DNA of 64,000 nucleotides from Gammaproteobacteria bacterium (GTDB taxonomy: Bacteria > Pseudomonadota > Gammaproteobacteria > CAJXQU01), in assembly GCA_965238175.1 (NCBI GenBank), contig CBDEGZ010000003.1, positions 2,240,001 to 2,304,000 on the forward strand, written 5' to 3'. The notes under the pieces are model-generated. The model was not told the DNA's origin. It worked only from the letters and a program-made list of their open reading frames with translations, and searched no databases. Below, in pieces: positions 58,136 to 64,000 of this stretch. Positions within the stretch are counted from its first letter, which is position 1. Each line of letters begins with the position of its first letter. The position numbers and the translations under genes were made by a program.

Positions 58136-59116
58136 ATGAAAAAGTATTTAATTGCTAGCCTGGTACTTCTCAATTCATCTTTCGCTTTTTCTCATGACTA
58201 TGAGAGCGTCCGCCCAGATTCACACGCACCCTATGGCGTCATGGGTGATCATACGCATAAATTGGGTGAGGTGATGTTGTCGTATCGATTTATGCGTATG
58301 GAAATGAATGATAACCGCGATGGAACGGATCGACTCAGTGATTCTGAGGTTTTAGCTGATTTCCCTGTTGCTCCAAGAAAGATGACAATGGATATGCATA
58401 TGTTTGGCGCTATGTATGCACCCAATAACAAGTTAACACTGATGGTAATGGTTCCTCTGCTTAATATATCGATGGATCATGTTACACGTACGGGGGGGGA
58501 ATTCACGACCAAAACTGATGGCTTTGGAGATGTAAAACTGTCAGGTCTGTATTCGCTATACGAGCATGGCAACCATAGAGTTCACCTGAATGCTGGGATC
58601 AGTTTACCGACTGGCTCCGTTGACGAACGTGATGATACTCCCATCATGGCAAATGCTATCCTTCCCTACCCAATGCAACTTGGTTCAGGAACTTATGATC
58701 TACTACCTGGTATTACCTACAATGGGCAAACAGTAGCATGGTCCTGGGGCGCTCAATTATCAGGTGTTGTTCGGCTTGGTGAAAACGATGAAGATTATAC
58801 ACTCGGTAATAAGATTGAATTAACCGGCTGGGTCGCGCATAAATGGAATGATCATATTAGCACCTCATTCCGACTTGCGGGTCAAAACTGGGGAAATATA
58901 GATGGTAGTGATGATCGTCTAAACCCAAATATGGTCCCAACTGCAGATACTGATCGCCGTGGAGGGGATCGCGTTGATGCACTTGTGGGCATCAATTATA
59001 AAATGGCCGGTTTTAGAATCTCAGCTGAAGTAGGTGCACCGGTATACCAACATCTTGACGGCCCACAATTAGAAACAGACTGGATAGGCACAATTGGTAT
59101 GCAGTACGCTTTCTAG
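58136..59116 (+). CDS. His/Met-rich outer-membrane beta-barrel (transporter family), possibly metal related
   Basis: Signal peptide, HAPYGVMGDHTH, MTMDMHM, GFGD, LPTG, YPMQLGSG, C-terminal YAF. Confidence 0.75.
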   Translation: MKKYLIASLVLLNSSFAFSHDYESVRPDSHAPYGVMGDHTHKLGEVMLSYRFMRMEMNDNRDGTDRLSDSEVLADFPVAPRKMTMDMHMFGAMYAPNNKLTLMVMVPLLNISMDHVTRTGGEFTTKTDGFGDVKLSGLYSLYEHGNHRVHLNAGISLPTGSVDERDDTPIMANAILPYPMQLGSGTYDLLPGITYNGQTVAWSWGAQLSGVVRLGENDEDYTLGNKIELTGWVAHKWNDHISTSFRLAGQNWGNIDGSDDRLNPNMVPTADTDRRGGDRVDALVGINYKMAGFRISAEVGAPVYQHLDGPQLETDWIGTIGMQYAF

Positions 59117-59211
59117 TTATTTAACCTGATGTGATGGTCTCCTCCCCCTAACGGCATCTAGGTGCCATGATTGAACTGACATACACACAATCAAAAGAGG
59201 AGAAGACCAAA

Positions 59212-60225
59212 ATGAAGACTACAACAATCGGGTTAGACATAGCAAAAAACGTATTTCATGCTGTCTGCTGTAATCAACAAGGGCGTATAATCAAAAAGAA
59301 AATGTTAAAGCGAGCGCAGGTACTCTCCTTTTTTCAATCTCAACCTCCTTGTTTAGTCGCAATAGAATCTTGTGCAACGTCACAGTATTGGGCCCGAGCG
59401 ATACAACAACAGGGACATCAGGTGAAATTACTACCACCTCAGCATGTTAACGCATTTCTAATCGGCAATAAGAATGATTATAACGATGCCTTGGCCATCG
59501 CCGTTGCTGCGAAACAACCTCATTTAAAAAGTGTGGGCATTAAATCAGTTGAGCAACAAGACAACCAGGCACAACATAAAGCAAGAGACTTAGCGGTCAG
59601 ACAAAGAACCGCATTATGTAACCAAATGAGAGCGCTTGTTGCAGAATATGGCATTAGCCTTCGTCCCGGCCTAAATACCCTACGTCAATCTATCCCGTTG
59701 CTATTAAGTGATGAGAACGAACGGTTGTCCGTTACTTTCAAAAGGATACTGCGCCAGCTAAAGGAACAATGGCAATCACTTGATGCCTGTATTGCGACAT
59801 TTGACCAATTGATCATTCAATCGGCAAAAAACAATGCGATTTGCCAACGCTTACAAACTATTCCAGGGTTTGGGCCGATGGTCTCGAGCGCGTATTTTAA
59901 TGAAGTGGGAAACGGCGCTCATTATCACAAAGGGCGCGATGTGTCCGCCTCATTAGGACTTGTTCCACGACAGTACAGTAGTGGTGGTAAAGAGGTGCTA
60001 CTGGGGATCAGTAAACGCGGCAATAAATACCTTCGTTGTTTGTTAATTCTAGGCGCGAAGGCCGTGGTATCAAGAGCCAAAACGAAAGGCGATAAACTGA
60101 GTCAATGGATTAATCGTTTAGTTGAGACGCGGGGGCATAATCGAGCGTGTGTGGCGTATGCCAACAAAATGGCAAGAATGGCCTGGGCTATAACGGTTTC
60201 TGGTGATGACTACTCACCGGCCTAA
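59212..60225 (+). CDS. IS110/IS1111 DEDD recombinase (start revised to MKTTTIG)
   Basis: IGLDIAKNVF, AIES, KNDYNDALAIA, TIPGFGP, LGLVPRQYSSGGK, ANKMARMAWA; GAGGAG RBS. Confidence 0.96.
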   Translation: MKTTTIGLDIAKNVFHAVCCNQQGRIIKKKMLKRAQVLSFFQSQPPCLVAIESCATSQYWARAIQQQGHQVKLLPPQHVNAFLIGNKNDYNDALAIAVAAKQPHLKSVGIKSVEQQDNQAQHKARDLAVRQRTALCNQMRALVAEYGISLRPGLNTLRQSIPLLLSDENERLSVTFKRILRQLKEQWQSLDACIATFDQLIIQSAKNNAICQRLQTIPGFGPMVSSAYFNEVGNGAHYHKGRDVSASLGLVPRQYSSGGKEVLLGISKRGNKYLRCLLILGAKAVVSRAKTKGDKLSQWINRLVETRGHNRACVAYANKMARMAWAITVSGDDYSPA

Positions 60226-60455
60226 ATAGAGAGAACAAATCATTTCAACGAATTGCGAAGGTAAAACTAAAGATGGCATAACAGGTCAAACCAGCCTATT
60301 GAAAACCTGTCGAGCTCAGGGGTAACTAATACCGATAACCTGATAAGGAAAATAGGCGCGTAATACATCCAGGTCAGAAGTTGAAAACTTCATTGAAGGC
60401 CGTATATATGACAGCAATCCTGTCCCTGTTATCTGAATGTTTTATCTTGCAATAC
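60226..60455 (+). ncRNA. Predicted bridge/seek RNA of the IS1111 element (limits approximate)
   Basis: Segments matching target (60311-20, 60336-43) and donor junction (60365-69, 60404-11) flank small hairpins, with outer stem GCCTATT/AATAGGC. Confidence 0.8.
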
Positions 60456-60882
60456 GGGAGGAGACCATATATGAACTCGGGATAAGGGTGACCCTAAAAA
60501 CATTAAAAGACAATGGGCTAGATGAAAACACTGTGACTGTTTTGTCCGGTGGATTTCTTTTAATGGCTATTAAGGCGGAGTTGCGTAGCAATAGCGAGCT
60601 ATATTGGAGACAACTCTAACGCACTGAGGCGCTAAAAAAGTCTGCTGGATAGGTATTTCTTATCCCAAGTTCAGATTATTTAGCATATTAGTGCTGTAAT
60701 ATACTATTTCTTAAGGAGCTTTCAACTCCCTTTATAACCCAAGTTAAATTTTGTCTCAAATCAGCGACAGTTTAATTCTCCCCTGTTAACCAGTTCGAAC
60801 TGTCCCTATAATACTGGCTCTTATTGGGGAATGGGAGTCATTGTTGTTCTGTGTATCGGCAGAATAACATAATCAAATCAAA

Positions 60883-62229
60883 ATGCTTTTTTCTATAAAG
60901 AAAGGCTTGGATCTGCCTATTTCTGGACAACCAGACCAAAAAATTGACAACGCAGCTGCGATTAAAACTGTCGCTATTTTGGGCAATGATTATATTGGAA
61001 TGAAACCTAGGCTACAGGTTCAAGAAGGCGATAATGTCAGGCTGGGTCAAACTCTTTTCATTGACAAGAAGAACACTGGTGTCAAATTTACCTCTCCCGG
61101 CGCAGGAACAGTCAAAGCGATAAATCGTGGTGCTAAACGCGTTCTACAATCTGTAGTTATTGAATTAGAGGGTGATGATGCAGAGACATTTGAAAAATTT
61201 GATCAAAATACGTTGTCTAACCTCGAACGATGTGTCGTAAAGGAAAATCTGATCAATTCCGGACTTTGGACAGCGTTAAGAACCCGTCCTTACAGTAAAT
61301 CACCAAAACCAGACTCAGTACCAAGCTCAATTTTTATCACCGCAATAGATACCAACCCACTTGCTTGCGACCCTGAGACTGTTATCAAAGAACAGGCCGA
61401 GTCATTTAATGATGGTGTTATTGTTCTATCTCGTCTAACCGACGGTAAAATATTTGTTTGTAAGTCTGACCAAACAGATATAAACATTACTCAAACCGAG
61501 CAAATTGAACTTCATAATTTTGCCGGCCCACACCCTGCTGGACTGGTTGGCACCCATATCCATCATCTTGATCCGGTTAATAGTGAAAAAATGGTCTGGC
61601 ATATCAATTATCAAGAGGTCATTGCTATAGGAAAATTATTCACCACCGGCCAATTATGGGTTGAACGAATTATTTCTATCGCAGGCCCAATGGTTAAACG
61701 ACCAAGATTACTACGCACAAGACTTGGAGCAAACACTGAACAACTGCTCCATGAAGAAACGGAACATAAACCTTCTCGTGTTATTTCCGGATCAGTTCTA
61801 TCTGGTCATCAAGCATCTAACTGGGCGGCGTATTTAGGTAGGTTCCATCAACAAATTTCTGTTATTGAAGAAAAAACTGATCGAGAATTCTTTGGCTGGA
61901 TAAAACCGGGACGTAATAAATTTTCAGTATTGAATGTATTCATATCGAAGTTCCTTGGCGTTAAGAAATTTAATCTAAACACATCACAAAATGGTAGTCC
62001 TAGAGCCATGGTACCAATAGGTGCCTTCGAGGGCTTGATGCCGCTTGATATTTTACCAACCCAATTACTCAGAGCGCTTGTTGTAAAAGATACTGATGCC
62101 GCTCAACAGCTGGGTTGTCTTGAATTGGATGAGGAGGATTTATCCCTTTGTTCATTCGTTTGCTCGGGAAAATATGACTATGGCCCCGTGTTACGAACTA
62201 ACCTGAACCAGATAGAGAAAGAAGGATAA
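60883..62229 (+). CDS. nqrA: Na+-translocating NADH:quinone reductase subunit A
   Basis: [49 protein letters not shown]. Confidence 0.97.
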   Translation: MLFSIKKGLDLPISGQPDQKIDNAAAIKTVAILGNDYIGMKPRLQVQEGDNVRLGQTLFIDKKNTGVKFTSPGAGTVKAINRGAKRVLQSVVIELEGDDAETFEKFDQNTLSNLERCVVKENLINSGLWTALRTRPYSKSPKPDSVPSSIFITAIDTNPLACDPETVIKEQAESFNDGVIVLSRLTDGKIFVCKSDQTDINITQTEQIELHNFAGPHPAGLVGTHIHHLDPVNSEKMVWHINYQEVIAIGKLFTTGQLWVERIISIAGPMVKRPRLLRTRLGANTEQLLHEETEHKPSRVISGSVLSGHQASNWAAYLGRFHQQISVIEEKTDREFFGWIKPGRNKFSVLNVFISKFLGVKKFNLNTSQNGSPRAMVPIGAFEGLMPLDILPTQLLRALVVKDTDAAQQLGCLELDEEDLSLCSFVCSGKYDYGPVLRTNLNQIEKEG

Positions 62230-62231
62230 AT

Positions 62232-63443
62232 ATGGCGAGTTTGCGGAAATTCCTCGACAAAATAGAACCCTCTTTTCATAAAGGTGGACCTTATGAAAGG
62301 TATTTTGCCGTCTTTGAAATGATCGATACTTTCCTATATACACCGTCTGATGTGACCCGTAATGCACCACACGTGCGTGATGGAATCGATCTGAAACGGG
62401 TCATGAGTTACGTCGTTGTAGCAACGTTACCCGTTATTTTAATGATGCTGTGGAACACAGGTTATCAAGCCAATAGTATTATGACTGAGCAGGGAATGAC
62501 CGAGCTCGAAGGTTGGCGTGGAAGTTTGATTTCCACGTTTAACGTTGGTTTTAATCCCGATAATATGTTTGCAAACATGTTCCATGGCTTGTTGTATTTT
62601 CTACCAATTTATATCACCACGCTCGTAGCAGGTGGCATCTGGGAAGTCTGGTTTGCAGCAGTACGAAACCATGAGGTCAACGAAGGTTTCCTTGTAACTT
62701 CAATGCTTTACACATTAATATTACCTGCTTCAACTCCACTCTGGCAGGTTGCACTAGGCATTTCCTTTGGTGTCGTTATAGGAAAAGAAGTTTTTGGCGG
62801 TACGGGTAAAAACTTTCTCAACCCAGCCCTGACCGGTCGTGCATTTTTATTTTTTGCTTATCCTGCACAACTTTCGGGAGATGCGGTTTGGAACACAATT
62901 GATGGCTATAGTAGCGCCACACCTTTAGCACTTGGTGCGCAAGGTGGCTTGGATGCAATCATGAATGCCGGCTTCACTTGGACACAAACGTTTATCGGCA
63001 ATATGCAAGGCTCTATAGGCGAAACATCAACTTTTGCCTGCCTACTTGGCGCGCTTTTCCTGATTTATACCCGGGTTGCCTCTTACCGAATTATGACTGG
63101 CGTCTTTTTAGGTATGGTTTTTACTACCTACTTATTTAACTTTATCGGCAGCGATACAAATCCAATGTTTTCCTTACCCTGGCATTGGCATCTAACTTTA
63201 GGCGGTTTTGCCTTTGGGATGATCTTCATGGCGACGGATCCTGTTACCGCATCTATGACAGATGCAGGTCGATGGATATACGGTGGGCTAATCGGTTTTA
63301 TGGTGGTGATGATCAGGGTGGTGAACCCTGCCTTCCCAGAGGGCATGATGCTTGCAATACTTTTCGCCAATATATTCGCACCGCTCATCGACTATTTTGT
63401 CGTACGCGCTAATGTTCGACGAAGGTTAAAACGCAATGTCTGA
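62232..63443 (+). CDS. nqrB: Na+-translocating NADH:quinone reductase subunit B
   Basis: PHVRDGIDLKR, GKEVFGGTGKNFLNPAL, SSATPL FMN site, FMATDPV. Confidence 0.97.
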   Translation: MASLRKFLDKIEPSFHKGGPYERYFAVFEMIDTFLYTPSDVTRNAPHVRDGIDLKRVMSYVVVATLPVILMMLWNTGYQANSIMTEQGMTELEGWRGSLISTFNVGFNPDNMFANMFHGLLYFLPIYITTLVAGGIWEVWFAAVRNHEVNEGFLVTSMLYTLILPASTPLWQVALGISFGVVIGKEVFGGTGKNFLNPALTGRAFLFFAYPAQLSGDAVWNTIDGYSSATPLALGAQGGLDAIMNAGFTWTQTFIGNMQGSIGETSTFACLLGALFLIYTRVASYRIMTGVFLGMVFTTYLFNFIGSDTNPMFSLPWHWHLTLGGFAFGMIFMATDPVTASMTDAGRWIYGGLIGFMVVMIRVVNPAFPEGMMLAILFANIFAPLIDYFVVRANVRRRLKRNV

Positions 63444-64000
63444 TCAAAATCCTATACCTGATCAAAACCAAACTACTCAAAACTCTGGCTTCTTCGATCA
63501 GATCTTAAATTTACCGAACGACAGTACAAAGAAAACGATCATCGTTGCCCTCCTACTATGTTTTGTATGCTCTATTTTAGTCTCCGGTGCAGCAGTCTTA
63601 CTAAAGCCTCTTCAAATTGCTAATAAAAAAGTCGATATAAAAAGTAATATTTTAGCTGTTGCGGATCTAAAAACTGACGATCAAAGCATTGACGAACTGT
63701 TCAAACAGTTTGAGATGAAAGTGGTTGATCTGGAAACGGGTGGCTATGTAGAAGATATTGATGTGGCAAATTTTGATCAAAATAAAGCCTCAAATGATCC
63801 TGAGCAGAGTATTCAATTATCGGGCGATCAAGATATTGCGGGTATTGGTCGTCGAGCCAAATATGCCAAGGTCTACTTGCTGAAAGAAGGTGATGTAACA
63901 AAACAAATTGTATTACCCGTCCATGGCTATGGTCTATGGTCAACTATGTATGGTTTCTTAGCCTTGGAAAGTGATGCAAACACAATTAAGGGCCTTAAAT
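63436..64000 (+). CDS. nqrC: Na+-translocating NADH:quinone reductase subunit C (truncated by window end)
   Basis: NDSTKKTIIVALLLCFVCSILVSGAAVLLKPLQ...LPVHGYGLWSTMYGFLAL. Confidence 0.93.
   Translation, partial: MSDQNPIPDQNQTTQNSGFFDQILNLPNDSTKKTIIVALLLCFVCSILVSGAAVLLKPLQIANKKVDIKSNILAVADLKTDDQSIDELFKQFEMKVVDLETGGYVEDIDVANFDQNKASNDPEQSIQLSGDQDIAGIGRRAKYAKVYLLKEGDVTKQIVLPVHGYGLWSTMYGFLALESDANTIKGLK

Larger units (their letters stand above)
59127..60471 (+). mobile_element. IS110-family element, IS1111 type (1345 bp; ends ambiguous by shared TGA core)
   Basis: Perfect 13-bp subterminal IRs ATGGTCTCCTCCC (59134-46)/GGGAGGAGACCAT (60456-68), 7 and 3 nt from the ends; long 3' non-coding region. 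Confidence 0.92.
59124..60676. mobile_element. 208-bp MITE (59124-59126 + 60472-60676) split by the IS1111-type element
   Basis: Reconstructed left IR ACCTGAACTCGGGATAAG vs right IR 60659-60676 (16/18); flanking direct repeat TATTTA at 59118-23 and 60677-82. Confidence 0.8.

Noticed and set aside
60437-60619. 60-aa ORF
   Set aside because: Spans the IS1111 right end and MITE; chance frame

Overview
The window has two parts. (1) 1..27512 is the right half (late/structural region plus right end) of a Mu-like transposable prophage with a non-contractile (sipho-type) tail. It runs from gp25/26, terminase, portal, F, G, protease/scaffold and capsid through neck, tail tube, a -1 frameshifted chaperone and the tape measure protein to an unusual tail-tip block. 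It carries three inserted small-gene cassettes, an initiator-like tRNA-Met and a 1079-aa cadherin/Ig 'head-spike'-like gene, and ends in transposase-type repeats 17 bp from the 3' end of a host tRNA-Leu. (2) 27513..64000 is chromosome of a probably marine gammaproteobacterium. In order it holds leuZ/cysT/glyW with an 84-bp tandem array, pgsA-uvrC, a gspG-H-D mini-cluster, gloB, a REC-PAS-GGDEF-EAL gene, ybeD-lipB-lipA, flgB-I, a diguanylate cyclase split by an IS481, methanopterin/methanofuran-type cofactor genes, a Gtr-like pair, an IS110/IS1111 element and nqrABC'. The strongest result is the IS1111-type element. Its 3' non-coding region contains four short segments matching both strands of its reconstructed target and both strands of its own circle junction (bridge/seek RNA layout). 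That target is the terminal inverted repeat of a 208-bp MITE. All assignments come from reading motifs and synteny by eye; no database searches were run.
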